DNA of 64,000 nt from Candidatus Binatia bacterium (GTDB lineage: Bacteria > Desulfobacterota > Binatia > UBA9968 > CAXXLF01), in assembly GCA_963664015.2 (NCBI GenBank), contig CAXXLF010000001.1, positions 128,001-192,000 of the forward strand, written 5' to 3'. Positions within the stretch are counted from its first letter, which is position 1. Every line of letters begins with the position of its first letter. This document shows positions 30,705-42,077 of this stretch, piece after piece. A program made the position numbers and the translations under genes. A model generated the notes under the pieces. That model had not been told where the DNA came from and ran no database searches. It worked only from the letters and a program-made list of their open reading frames with translations.

Positions 30705-31989
30705 TTAAACATCTTTGAGCTTAAAATTGGCTGGGGACTTTTCAAAGAGCTCTTGCAACTGGGCGAAGCTCTCTTTACAACCGGCTAAATTCTTTCGTTT
30801 GGCCGACCGGTATCGAATCGACACCCGTCCCGTCCAACCCCTCAACCACATCCAGGACAGTTATGGCCTCGATGGAACGTGCAGGATGATACCCGATACC
30901 CCCTTCTTCATCGAGCTTTACCTCCGAAAGCAGGGAGGCATCGACCAGCTCATTGATAAGCTGACGGACGAGTCGGATTGGTATTTCCAGTTGTAATGAA
31001 CGATTTTCAATGCCAGCAACTTCTTGAATGCACCGCTGACCTTTAAACTGTCCGGCTCGAGTTCGTAGGTTTCAACGTTTTGTTCGGTGAAGGAGACCTC
31101 AGCACTAAAAAGGACCACCAGCCAACTGAACTGAAGCCAAACCAGAAACAGCGGCAAGGCGGCGAAGGTTCCATAAATCGCCCCATAATTCGCAACACCT
31201 ACCTGGAACGTAATGTAAAACCACTGCAGTAACTGGAAGATCGTGCCCGCAAGGACTCCGGCCATGATGCAGGCCTTAAGCCTCACCTGGGTATTGGGAA
31301 GAAAAAAGTAAATGAAGGTGAAGAGGATCCAGACGACCCCATAGGGTAAAATATTGAGCTCCATCAAGATCGCGTCGCCCAATGGCCCCAGATAAGGAAA
31401 GCCGCTCAACGATGCCGGTCACCTCACCGGTAATTAGCACGGTCATACTACTGGCCATAATCAACAGAACCGGACAGATGAACATGACCAAGAGGTAGTC
31501 ACTAAACTTACGTCCCCAGGTCCTGGGACTCTTAATACCCCAAATATCGTTAAAGGAACTTTCAATATTCCCAAGAAGCTTGATCACGGTCCAGAACAGT
31601 ACCCCCACTCCCACACCAGCGATCAAGCCTCCCCGGGTATTTTCCAAGAGGGTACGAGCAAAGGCGATGATCCGCTCGACCACCTCTTCTTGACCTTGCA
31701 AATTCTCAATGATCTGTTGTTCGAGCCGTCTTTCAAACCCAAATCCCTTGGCAACCCCGAATACCAGGGCCGCCATAGGGACCACGGACAACAACGAGTA
31801 AAATGTTAATGCAGCGGCACGCAGCTGGCACTTGTCCTCCCCAAACCCGCGAATGGCCAGGAGGAGGATTCGCAGCTGCCGGATCCAAAAGAACTTCTGG
31901 TAGGGCAGATCACGGCCACGTATACGCCAGATATCTATCTTGAGAAACTGAACCGACCGTGAGACCTAAGTGGACAGCTTTTTCTTCAT
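30705..31989 (-). pseudogene. YihY/virulence factor BrkB family membrane protein with Rrf2-like HTH tail, disrupted
   Basis: MKKKLST* early stop. RAAALTFYSLLSVVP, IESSFNDIW and YGAIYGTFAALPLFLVW lie in different frames. There is a deletion/frameshift before EIPIRLVRQLINEL. Confidence 0.85.
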
Positions 31990-32047
31990 GGGATCCCCTC
32001 TCGATCCCTTAATTTGCTTAACTTGCACGCCCCATTGTAGTGGCTCG

Positions 32048-32806
32048 TCATTTGCTGAAGAGATTTTTCAAGGCGCTGCCGACCCCTTCGGTAGCCTTCT
32101 TCACCGCCCCCTTGCCCAGGTCGAGGGTCCCTACCGCCTTGGTCGTACTCTGACCCATGGCCCCTATCACCTGCTTGATGACCTCGCCTGGAGTCGCCCC
32201 ACCTGATTTTTTGCCGATACCGGTGAGGTGGATCTCGGGTAGCAATGCACTGAGCTTTTGCCCTTGAACTAGGGTTGAACTTACTTTGACCTTTCCGTTA
32301 CGAATGTAGAGATGCTCGATAACAAGCTTAGGACCGGCACTCTCGTCCTTGGCCGCGCCCTTCTGCTCATTAGTTTCAGGCTTACCTTTTCCCTTCCCCA
32401 GTGAAGCGTCCACATTACGTTGGATTGCAGAAATATTGTTCCCCTGGGGGCCAATTTCATAGGTGACCTCCGGTGCAGAGATGACGACCTCTTTGATAAC
32501 GATCGTGTCTTGGGTCACCGTACCTATATCAAGGGCCAGACTAATCTCGCCAAGGCTAAAAGCCCTTTCGCTTTTAAAACCCTGTGGGTTCCCAATGCTC
32601 AATCCCCGTAGCGCGCCTTTACCGGAAGTAACCGATACGTCCGCCTCTTTCAGAGTCACTTCCACTTGAGTGAACTCGGATCCGTATTTTTCAACCGCTG
32701 CTTTGATAAGGGGATCGAGGGATGAGACAACATAGAAAAGAATCACAACCACAATGAGAACAATGAGCCCCAATGCTCCGCCACCGATTACAAACAAACG
32801 TTTCAT
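32048..32806 (-). CDS. AsmA-like (DUF748-type) membrane-anchored protein
   Basis: N-terminal TM, LSIGNPQGF, IVIKEVVI, LPEIHLTGIG. Confidence 0.7.
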   Translation of the reverse strand: MKRLFVIGGGALGLIVLIVVVILFYVVSSLDPLIKAAVEKYGSEFTQVEVTLKEADVSVTSGKGALRGLSIGNPQGFKSERAFSLGEISLALDIGTVTQDTIVIKEVVISAPEVTYEIGPQGNNISAIQRNVDASLGKGKGKPETNEQKGAAKDESAGPKLVIEHLYIRNGKVKVSSTLVQGQKLSALLPEIHLTGIGKKSGGATPGEVIKQVIGAMGQSTTKAVGTLDLGKGAVKKATEGVGSALKNLFSK

Positions 32807-33039
32807 GGCAGGTTTTCTCCCAAATTGATTGTCATGCAAATCCTTACAGAGATTCTATTCAAAAACCAATCTTTTTATTTGCCCAAACACTACCGAACGA
32901 GGCCTAAAATACCTACCATGGATCCGGAGCAAATTCTAGTTTCTAGACCTGTGGCCAATGGGTGGTCCTCGGGCTTGCGCGGTTACCCGGAATGATGTTT
33001 AAGAGGATCTATGATCTTAACCGATGGAGGTGAACCTTC

Positions 33040-34176
33040 ATGTCTGATTCGATCAAAGAGAAATTTTGTTCTGTTCTTTTTACTACAGGTCTGATCCTGT
33101 GCTTTTCTCTTGGATTATTACGATACGCCAACGCCGGCTGGAAGGATGAATGGGAACAAACTCCGAAAGCAGCTCAACACGAGGGGAAGCTGACCTTTTA
33201 CAGTAGCAGTGCCTACGAGCAGCGCTTTCAATACTTTCAGAAGAAGTATCCGCGCATAAGAGTCAGCAGCTGGCCTGGACTTGGGAGCCAAAATGGAGCG
33301 CGTATCATGGCGGAACGGCGCGCCGGGAAGCAACTTGCGGATCTCTGGATTAACGGAATCGTCACAGCCAACCGCGTGCTGCATCGAGCAAGGATCGTAG
33401 ACCCCATAGCTCCCGCACTGATCCTCCCCGAGGTTTTGGATCAATCCCGATGGTGGCAAGGGAAACACCATTACTCGGACGTGGAGAAGAAATACATCTT
33501 TGTCTTCCAGGGTAACGTCCACGGCGGAGAGAACGCCTACAACACACGGCTCATCGATCCCAAGCAGTTTGATTCTTACTGGGACTTCCTGGAACCTAAA
33601 TGGAAAGGAAAGATTCTCGCCTTTGATCCCAAACAGGTCAGTACGGTAGCCCATAGTTTGCGCTTCTTCTACAATAACCCGAAGCTCGGCCCCAAGTTTG
33701 TCGATCGATTCCTCGGCCAAGCAGACCTGGTTTATTCCAGAGACAACCGTCAGATGGTCGACTGGTTCAGAGTGGGAGAATTCCCTCTCGCATTTTTCAT
33801 TGGCGGGGTCGAGGAAGCGGCACAAAAAAGCCTTCCCATAAGGGACTTTGAGCCGACGAGCTTTAAGGAAGGTGCCTTTGTCGGCCCGACCTAAGGGGCT
33901 GTTGCGATATTCAATAAGGCCCCACACCCCAATGCCGCCAAGGTCGCCATCAAGTGGCTTCTCTCTCGAGAGGGCCAGATTGCTTTTCAAAGGGTCCGGT
34001 TGGAAAGCGGTCAACCGGATGGATCCATGAGGGAGGATATTCCCAAGGACGCAATTCCCGGGGCCAACCGCCGGATCAAAGGAGGCCTATATCTCATTTC
34101 CGGTCGCGCCGATTGGATTATGGGCAGGTCGGAACTCACGAAAGTGCTCAACCGGGCCATGAGACGAAAACGTTAG
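33040..34176 (+). pseudogene. ABC solute-binding protein (Fe3+/thiamine/polyamine-like family) interrupted by TAA at 33892-33894
   Basis: Signal peptide, HEGKLTFY, DFLEPKWKGKI. The same frame continues after the stop with APHPNAAKVAIKWLLSREGQ to TAG 34176. Confidence 0.85.
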
Positions 34177-34236
34177 GCCAAGTTTACGCTCAGCATCGGC
34201 CCACTCTACACAAAGAGGGCTTCGTGGAACTTTGGG

Positions 34237-35694
34237 CTAATCCTCCGGGAACGGCAATATAGATTTGTACTTCTCCACCATCTTCATCCGCAGCTCCCGC
34301 GGGCTCCGACTCACCTTGGGGAATGTGTCCTTTCGGTGGAATGGACGCACTGCATAGAAGAGGGCCAGCGAGTTAGTATAATCACCGGAATCTCGCTTTT
34401 CAGGGGGCATTAACGGATCCAGCGGCGTGCTCCAACAACTATCCAGAATTTCAATATCCTTGGAAGGCTCCGCCCGAGTCGTCATAGCCCAGAGGACTTC
34501 CCTAAAATTCGTCGGGTCGATATCATCGTCCACCACCACAATCCATCGACCGTTGCGCGTCACGGCCGCCACCGCCCGGGCCGCCTGTTGTGCGTGCCCA
34601 GGGTAGCGTTGTTTGATGGCAACGACGCGAATGTACCCCATGTGGCTTCCCACCGCGACGACATCTTGAATCCCGGCCCTTGTCAGATCCGCAATGCCAC
34701 CACGGCCGGCTCCACCGGATAGACCACCCAAACGCGCCCCAGGCCACATGGGGGCATCCCCCTGGATGATCGGGTTGTTTCGGTGATAAATGGCCTTCAC
34801 TCGAATCACCGGCTGCGCCTCTCCGGTACCGATGGTTCCACCGGAGTAATACCCTGGCCATTCTCCAAAGAGACCTTCGTCTCTCGATTGCTCCTTGGGA
34901 GGAGGCACCTCTCCCTCGATGGCAATCTCCGCATGGGCAGGAATCGGCAGCCCCGTAATAGGCCCCTTGATGACCTCCAGAGGGCGGCCACGAAGCCCGC
35001 CAATATGTTCCAGTTCCGAATGTCCAAATGGGATCTTGCTATGGGAAATCATGAAGCTGATGGGGTCTTCGCCAAACACGGCAACGACAGGACAGCTCTT
35101 ACCCTGATCCCAGTAACGCTGACAGATCTGCCTTCCATGCTGGCCGGGACTCATCCATAAACCCAGCAAATTGGGTTCATGCACCTGCATGCGGTAGGTC
35201 CCTACATTGATGTAGCCGCTTTCGGGATCCCGATTGATCAAGGAATCTCCTGTCCCTATGTAACGGCCCCCGTCCATAGCGTGAAAACGAGGAACGGGGA
35301 AACGAAACAAATCGGCACTATCCCCGGTCATGACATTTTCCATAACCGGCCCCGTAGGAACTTCAACGGGGGGTATGGGTTTCACGTCCTTTAACTTATC
35401 CGACATCAATTGATTCAGTTCTGCTCTCGACTTATGCAATGGAAGACCTAGCGCCAAGGCGGCCCTTTTATAGGAGGCCATCAAGAGACCCACAACACGA
35501 AATCCGGCAGGGTACCCCTTGATGCGATCAAACAAGAGCATGGGAGGATCGGAAATTTGTTCCGCAGTCACCTCGCGAAGAGCTCCGATCTCCTCATTCC
35601 AATCCGCCTCTTGAATGTCACGCCATTCATCAACCTGTTTGCAGGCCTCCACGAATTCCTGAAGACTGTCGAACGACTTCCATTCCATCTCCAT
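34237..35694 (-). CDS. UbiD-family decarboxylase/carboxylase
   Basis: DGGRYIGT, NVGTYR, EGLFGEWPGYY, VVDDDIDP. Confidence 0.9.
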   Translation of the reverse strand: MEMEWKSFDSLQEFVEACKQVDEWRDIQEADWNEEIGALREVTAEQISDPPMLLFDRIKGYPAGFRVVGLLMASYKRAALALGLPLHKSRAELNQLMSDKLKDVKPIPPVEVPTGPVMENVMTGDSADLFRFPVPRFHAMDGGRYIGTGDSLINRDPESGYINVGTYRMQVHEPNLLGLWMSPGQHGRQICQRYWDQGKSCPVVAVFGEDPISFMISHSKIPFGHSELEHIGGLRGRPLEVIKGPITGLPIPAHAEIAIEGEVPPPKEQSRDEGLFGEWPGYYSGGTIGTGEAQPVIRVKAIYHRNNPIIQGDAPMWPGARLGGLSGGAGRGGIADLTRAGIQDVVAVGSHMGYIRVVAIKQRYPGHAQQAARAVAAVTRNGRWIVVVDDDIDPTNFREVLWAMTTRAEPSKDIEILDSCWSTPLDPLMPPEKRDSGDYTNSLALFYAVRPFHRKDTFPKVSRSPRELRMKMVEKYKSILPFPED

Positions 35695-35864
35695 TGAGGT
35701 GCCCCCTTTTTAGACTAGCTTTTCATCCAGCTTGACTCTTATGGTAGGTGAAAGGTGCAGGCGCTTTCATGAGCTGTTCAAATAGTTTAACTGGCCGTGG
35801 TCGAACATGGCAATCTGGGCAATCTGGGAAATCTGGCGACTTGGGGTTCATTCTTCGCTGGCCC

Positions 35865-36149
35865 CTACCTGAGCAGCCCCTCATCCGTTTCCTCCGCAAC
35901 CTCCAGCTGGTGCAACGGGCGTAAGACTCCCGCTTCGTCCCATTGACATTTTCGCTGCTCCATCACGTTGGAGAGTTCGAAGATGACAACGCGACCGTTT
36001 GTGGAGTCATTAACCAATCGCAATGATCGTCCCCCCAGATCCACATCGAACTCCCCGTCCTCGCCTCGCTCAAGGTTATTCAGGGCTTGAACCAGAAGCA
36101 GACCGATTTGCGCGACATCAATCTCATCCCAACGTTTTATCCGCTCCAT
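35865..36149 (-). CDS. Hypothetical protein (94 aa)
   Basis: GAGGAGGGGG RBS; no motif recognised. Confidence 0.45.
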   Translation of the reverse strand: MERIKRWDEIDVAQIGLLLVQALNNLERGEDGEFDVDLGGRSLRLVNDSTNGRVVIFELSNVMEQRKCQWDEAGVLRPLHQLEVAEETDEGLLR

Positions 36150-36504
36150 AAGACCCCCTCCTCAAGGCTTTGCTGACAGTTATAGTATTCGATAAGTAGC
36201 AACAGAACCAATCACTTAATCAAAATAACCTAATGCAATGAGTGATATTCAAAAACTTCGTTCCGACGCTTTTCATATCATACTACCGATCTCTGTCAAG
36301 ATGTCCTAGATCCCTCCACCATTGATGACATCGCCTTAACCCATTGACATGGTTAAATCACTCTACTAGAGCTACTCGTAGGGCTCGGTGGATTTTAAAC
36401 GAACGTCTGTGACGGTCAAGATATTTAGTACCTGCTTAACGGCACAGCCGATCGCCACTCCAACCTATACAAAAAACCTTTAGCGACTAAATCGAACTAA
36501 AATC

Positions 36505-37686
36505 ATGCTCTCAAGGGAAGAAAACGATCTACTCACTCGAGTGGGTCCCGAAACGCCCATGGGTAATCTTCTTCGACGCTATTGGATCCCTGCTCTTTTA
36601 TGCAGAGAGATTCCTTCCGGTGATTGCCCTCCGGTCCAAGTCAAGCTCTTAGGGGAAAGCCTGGTTGCGTTTCGAAACAGCCAGGGAAGAGTCGGTCTCT
36701 TGGCAGAAAACTGTTCCCATCGGGGGACATCTCTCCTCTATGGTCGAAACGAGGAATGCGGGTTACGGTGTATCTACCATGGGTGGAAATATGACGTAAA
36801 CGGTGCCATCATCGATACTCCAGCGGAACCACCAGACAGCGATTTCAAAAGGAGGCTTCGCCACCCGGCCTATCCAACCATGGAAAGGGCCGGAATCGTA
36901 TTTGCTTATTTGGGCCCCCCGCAAGAGATGCCGCTTCTACCCGAATACCAATGGACCCGACTCCCCGAAGGCCAATCCTATGTGACCAAATCTCTGCAGG
37001 AGTGCAACTACCTGCAAGGACTCGAAGGGGACTGCGATTCGAGCCACCTGTCTTATCTGCACCGGGATCTCGGTCCGGAACTCTACCGGAAGGATGCGGC
37101 ACCTACTCTGCACACAGAGGAAACCGAATTCGGCGTGCGGATGGTGTCCATCCGCAAGGCCGCTCCCGACAAGGCCTATGTCCGGATCACTAATTTTATC
37201 CTACCAACCATTGGCCACGTATCCGCCCATTCGAATCTAGTCCATTACTGGGTCCCCATAGACGACACCCACACGTGGGAGTACCACATGACTTTTAACA
37301 GTGAGCGGCTATTGCGCCCAGAAGAGACCCTTCGCTTGAACATCGGTCCAGACTTTCTCAAGTCACGCAATAGCACCAACCATTATCTTCAAGATAGGCA
37401 GCTTCAAAACACCGGCAATTTTACCGGCATTGAGGGGTTTTTGGCCCAGGACTCTTGCGTTACGGAAAGCATGGGATCCATCTATGATCGAACCAAGGAA
37501 CATTTGGGGGCCAGTGACAAGAGCGTGATTGCCATACGGCAGTCTCTCATGGGGGCCTTGAAGTCTCTAGACGACGGTAAAGATCCACCCGGTATCTTTA
37601 GAGATCCTGAAAATATAAGCCAACATGTGATATCCAGGGGTGCCGTTATCCCCGCAGGATCATCCTGGAGACAACTTCTCGAATAA
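36505..37686 (+). CDS. Rieske non-heme iron oxygenase (phthalate 4,5-dioxygenase / LigXa-like)
   Basis: CSHRG...CIYHG Rieske motif; EGDCDSSHLSYLH and QD mononuclear Fe ligands. Confidence 0.92.
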   Translation: MLSREENDLLTRVGPETPMGNLLRRYWIPALLCREIPSGDCPPVQVKLLGESLVAFRNSQGRVGLLAENCSHRGTSLLYGRNEECGLRCIYHGWKYDVNGAIIDTPAEPPDSDFKRRLRHPAYPTMERAGIVFAYLGPPQEMPLLPEYQWTRLPEGQSYVTKSLQECNYLQGLEGDCDSSHLSYLHRDLGPELYRKDAAPTLHTEETEFGVRMVSIRKAAPDKAYVRITNFILPTIGHVSAHSNLVHYWVPIDDTHTWEYHMTFNSERLLRPEETLRLNIGPDFLKSRNSTNHYLQDRQLQNTGNFTGIEGFLAQDSCVTESMGSIYDRTKEHLGASDKSVIAIRQSLMGALKSLDDGKDPPGIFRDPENISQHVISRGAVIPAGSSWRQLLE

Positions 37687-37912
37687 CAGAGCCATAAGAA
37701 CCGATTAGCAGCACTCACGACCGGGTAGAAAAAAATAGAGGTTCACTGAATTCAAACGAGGGATCCAAGGAAAAGCTCAAAGGACCTCAAAAAAGCGGTA
37801 AATGAGGCCAGGACCATCAAATAATCAGCCTGGATGACTTGACCTGCAGGCAAGATAAGTTGTAGAAGCTCTTTAATCTTAAATTATGAGATATCTAGAG
37901 GAGGAATATCCT

Positions 37913-39041
37913 ATGGTACTAAGAAAGAATTCAACCCTATCCATCCTAGGGACGTTGGCCTTTGTCCTTTTTTTTCGCCGCCGTGGGACTGGCACAATCC
38001 AAGTGGGATCAGACGGTTGCAGCAGCAAAGAAGGAAGGTCGGATCACGATCTACGGGGGAGAGGAAATTACCCATCCGGCCATCTTAGCCGCTTTTAATA
38101 AACGATATCCCGATATCAAGGTTATCACTGCCTCGGGTCATTCCGAAATCATACAACGTGTCATTGCAGAGCGGCGGGCTAGTAAATTTCTCGTGGACCT
38201 TTACTCACTTGGCCCCGGTTCCGTCCGAACGGCCTACTTGGCGAACATTCTCCAGCCGATCCGTCCCACGCTGATGTTGCCAGAGGTTCTAGACACGTCC
38301 AACTGGTACGGGGGTAAGCATGTTTATGGGGACCCGAAAAATAAATACATATTCGTTTACGAAGGAACCCCAGCCAGTACGAGCATGACTTACAATTCAA
38401 AGAAACTCACCGATTTTAGCGAGATTAGCTCCTATTGGGACGTCTTAAAGCCCCGCTGGAGGGGCAAGATCGGATTCTACAGCTATGGTCGAGGCGGATC
38501 GGTCCCGACTCCGATGCTTGTACTATATTACAATCCGTTGGTGGGCCGTAAATTTTTAAAGCGACTGCTTGAAGAGATGGACCTAATCATATCACGCGAC
38601 AGACGCCAGGCAACCAACTGGCTTGCGAGGGGAAAATATACCCTGTGCTTTATGTGCAGGGACACTGAGCGGGCCAAAAGGCAGGGACTGCCAGTGGATA
38701 CCATCCCCCCCGACAATATCAAAGAAGCAGGCGCACTTGGTGCCGGTAACAGCAGTGTGCTTGCCTACCTAAAGAATGCTCCCCACCCTAATGCATCCAC
38801 GGTCTTTATTAACTGGTTCCTCTCCCGTGAGGGGCAGGCCACCTGGCAAAGAGTGATGAACACCATCGTGGTGGAAGAATCGGATTCCATGAGGATCGAC
38901 ATCGCCAAGGATAATGTTATTTCATCGGGGCGAAGAGTGAAAGGCAGGCAGTACCCCCTATTGGACTTTCTCGATCCGAGACCGGTAAAGAAATTTTATA
39001 CTAAACTGGTAACGGACGCACGGAAACGATCAGCAAAATAG
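37913..39041 (+). CDS. ABC solute-binding protein with a +1 frameshift in the T8 tract of the signal peptide
   Basis: GAGGAGG RBS, ATG 37913. T7 instead of T8 at 37968-37975 joins the signal to AQSKWDQTVAAAKKEG...APHPNAS..FINWFLSREGQ. Confidence 0.8.
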
Positions 39042-39215
39042 TCGCCCTTAAAGACGGAAGAGAGAGAAAAATCGCGGGGACACAACCAATGGGACTTCCA
39101 AACGGGAGAAGCCATAGCCCTTCCCCCATAGGTCGTCTCATGAAAAGACCACTTGGATTCAATCTCCGTGGTCGATATTACTTGGTCGCCTGAGAGCTAT
39201 AGGGACGTTCGGTCC

Positions 39216-39491
39216 CTACGCCCTTTGGAAATCTTTGGGGAATTGGTTCAAACTGACTAGCCCGATTATAACGATGCCACAGATCCCGTACGGGACATGT
39301 GATCTCTCAGAGAATCCGTAGGAAACTGAAATGAAATTTTTGAATCCCCAATAAAAAATAAATCCGAAGGTCATAATCAAACCAGACTTGTGTAATCCCA
39401 TTAGAACATAGACACTAATAAGAAAAGCGAGAAAGAAAGCCTCCCAAGGGGCGATCGACAAGGTGTTTAATAAAGTTAAAAACTCATCCAT
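39216..39491 (-). CDS. Small 3-TM membrane protein
   Basis: GGAGG RBS, three hydrophobic segments. Confidence 0.55.
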   Translation of the reverse strand: MDEFLTLLNTLSIAPWEAFFLAFLISVYVLMGLHKSGLIMTFGFIFYWGFKNFISVSYGFSERSHVPYGICGIVIIGLVSLNQFPKDFQRA

Positions 39492-39542
39492 GGTAATCCT
39501 CCGCGCCCTAGAACTTCAAAGTCAATCGTTTTCTTTTTCCTG

Positions 39543-40039
39543 TTACATAGTGGGAAGAATGATATAGACATCGTCCGAATCATAGGCATTAGAGCCCAGC
39601 TTATTGGGAGCGAAGGAACCCACCACTAGGTAATCGACTCCCGCGATGTTATAGTCCGGATCGAAAAAATAGTCGTTCCCCCAAGGGTCCTTTTTGATCA
39701 GGGGAAAATAAGGTCCCCTCCAGTTTGGAAAGCTACTGGCCGCGATAATTCCGGCGTTTGACGAATTGAGGCCCCACACTTATCCGTTTGAAACGATACC
39801 TATTAGATTTGGACCAGGCCATTGCTCGGTATCAGTTGCTAGGACTTGTATTGCGGTTTGCAAGCCCTTCAAGTCGGACTGGGCTTGGGCCACTTTGCCC
39901 TTTTCCCTGAATTGGGAATAGGCCGGAATAGCTATCGCCACCAGAATCGCAACGATGGCCACACTGACCATCAGTTCGATTAGTGTGAATCCACCGTCAC
40001 TTTTACGATAAGCCCTTTGCTAGTTGCTCGATTATTCAT
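39543..40039 (-). pseudogene. Type IV pilin / GspG-like pseudopilin, disrupted
   Basis: GFTLIELMVSVAIVAILVAIAIPAY prepilin motif and WRGPY...DPWGNDY. There is an in-frame TAA at 39780-39782 and a frameshift in the leader after ATG 40039. Confidence 0.85.
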
Positions 40040-40072
40040 GATCGACCTTTCGAGAATCTCTATACGGAATGA

Positions 40073-40089
40073 AGCAAGCATCGTGCCCA
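40073..40089 (-). promoter_or_regulatory. Sigma54 (-24/-12) promoter of the pilin gene
   Basis: TGGGCACGATGCTTGCT = GG-N10-GC, 34 nt upstream of the ATG. Confidence 0.75.
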
Positions 40090-40219
40090 CACCTTAACCC
40101 ACTGAAATGGTGAGCTTTTCACACTGAAGGGAGACCCAGAAATGGACTGATATCTCAATTTGTCCCTGCCCAAGGCTGGAAATTAGCTGGCGTCTCAGGG
40201 GATTATCGGGTCCGGACAG

Positions 40220-40732
40220 TCAGATTAGACGGTGTTTATCTGGCGACCGGTTCAATAGAGAGACTAGGCGATAAGGCCGAAAATCTTCACGAATTCCATA
40301 GGTAGCTTCCGCGGCAAAGCGCCTAAAAATAAACCGTTGCTTGTTGCCGCCGTAACTGACGATCTGATCTACCGATCTAAATACACGGTCTCGAGGACCG
40401 TCGATTTTTATAAGAACTGGATTGGGTTGAAATTTCGTCTTCCACTTGACGAGGAGAGTCAGACTGGGAGGATACCGCACGTGAATCAACTTCACGAACT
40501 CGTAGAGGTGCAGGAATTCTCCGCTCTGAACAATATTGTAGAATGTCTCATGACATTTGGATAGCCCTGTTTCCCCCAATCGAGCAGCTTTTTCACCGCG
40601 GGGATTATCGATGAACATGTATCGGCACTCCTTGACGACTTTCTCCTTTCCCAACGTGGCGCAGGAGGCCATGCTAAGGAAGAGGACAAACACCAAGGAC
40701 AATATCGCTCTTGTAAAGGAAGGTTTAAGCAT
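40220..40732 (-). CDS. Hypothetical lipoprotein
   Basis: Signal peptide ending in lipobox-like MASC. Confidence 0.55.
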   Translation of the reverse strand: MLKPSFTRAILSLVFVLFLSMASCATLGKEKVVKECRYMFIDNPRGEKAARLGETGLSKCHETFYNIVQSGEFLHLYEFVKLIHVRYPPSLTLLVKWKTKFQPNPVLIKIDGPRDRVFRSVDQIVSYGGNKQRFIFRRFAAEATYGIREDFRPYRLVSLLNRSPDKHRLI

Positions 40733-40930
40733 GAAACCGTGTTATTAGACGCATCCCAACGAGCAACTTAACTACCCGTGTACACCGGTGAGCAAATTGG
40801 CTTCGCCCTACTAGTTAACTCTCATTGAGTGATACTGAGATTAACACGACCTGTTCGGTTGCGGCTCGTAAATTCGTAAGAAGCCCGTCCGACCGAGTCG
40901 GCCTGAAATCAGGGCATGGGTTCGACATGC

Positions 40931-41995
40931 CTATTGGCTAGTCACGTTGTTGAGAAACAACACAATGGCTTTATCCGAGTTGAAGATGTAGGTCTCCGAG
41001 AATGCCAACACCTGGGGCGTTTTACCCTCCATAGCTCCGGCCAAGCACACCCAGTTGAGCATCTCGTGCTGACCCGATTGGAGCATCTGATTGGGATCGA
41101 TTTGTCGCCACCTTTTCAACTCCCCTGCCTTTAACTCGCCGAGCCGTTCCCGATCGGCTTCGATATCGGGGTACATAAAGTGATGCTTGGCCGTCAAAGA
41201 GCCGTGTGACCAGCTTGACGAACCTATCATGGCAACGCGCCATGGACTATCCTGAATGATTCGAGATATTTGAACGCCCAGATCATAGCATCGCCAGGGT
41301 GGTGGGGACGGGGGTGGCATAAGGTTCAGCCCTTGGGGGCCTTGGATGCGTCCTGCGGGTACTCGCAAATTGCTCCCATAACAGTTCACATGGAAGGGCA
41401 CGATGGGATAGTCAAATCCCTTACGGTCGTAGTCCAGGTACAACACGGTCCTCAAAAATGCATGACCCAATTCTTTAGCATGACGTAAGCCATGGGACCA
41501 GGCCACGTCAAAGCCATTACCGATTAGGTTCCGGGCCAAAAAGTCCCCTCCCTCAGCGTGGCATTTAACGCGGATCACTTTATCGGCAGGCTCTTCCCAA
41601 ACATTCTTTACGGCTCCCAACCCTTTGCTCTTCTTGAAGAGTGGAGAATCTATCTCATTCATAACGTAAACACAGAACGGCGTTAATAGATCCTCACGGA
41701 AATTTTCGTACTGGTCATCACCCCAGATCAAAACGAAATCCGGATCGAAAGCGTCCAGGGCTTCCCTGACTGCGCGAAGCCCCCTAACCTGCTCCGAGCG
41801 GTGTTTACCGGCTGAGGCAAGGCCTTCGTCCTCACCCCACTCTTCCCGCATCCCGGCGGGCCAATTCTTGGGATCCCTCATCTTTTCCGGTGTCTGGTCG
41901 CTGGTCATCAAACGCCGAACAATGTTTGCCATATTCGCATCCGTAAACTGTAGATGTGGGGCATGGCTCATGCCGATACCAAGGACCTCTCCCAT
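40931..41995 (-). CDS. Class III extradiol ring-cleavage dioxygenase (LigB-like)
   Basis: SHAP, DDQYENF, GHAF, SWSH, HEMLNW. Confidence 0.85.
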   Translation of the reverse strand: MGEVLGIGMSHAPHLQFTDANMANIVRRLMTSDQTPEKMRDPKNWPAGMREEWGEDEGLASAGKHRSEQVRGLRAVREALDAFDPDFVLIWGDDQYENFREDLLTPFCVYVMNEIDSPLFKKSKGLGAVKNVWEEPADKVIRVKCHAEGGDFLARNLIGNGFDVAWSHGLRHAKELGHAFLRTVLYLDYDRKGFDYPIVPFHVNCYGSNLRVPAGRIQGPQGLNLMPPPSPPPWRCYDLGVQISRIIQDSPWRVAMIGSSSWSHGSLTAKHHFMYPDIEADRERLGELKAGELKRWRQIDPNQMLQSGQHEMLNWVCLAGAMEGKTPQVLAFSETYIFNSDKAIVLFLNNVTSQ

Positions 41996-42077
41996 TTTTT
42001 TGCTCCTTTATACTGAAGTCCCGCCCGGACTCCTGCTAGCTCGAGTTTCAACAGACCCTATCAGCCGTTTGATTTGA

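Noticed and set aside
33892-33894. In-frame stop in the SBP as recoding
   Set aside because: It is TAA, not TGA, and is not at a Cys position; simple nonsense change
33118-34014. 298-aa minus-strand ORF
   Set aside because: Antisense shadow of the SBP pseudogene
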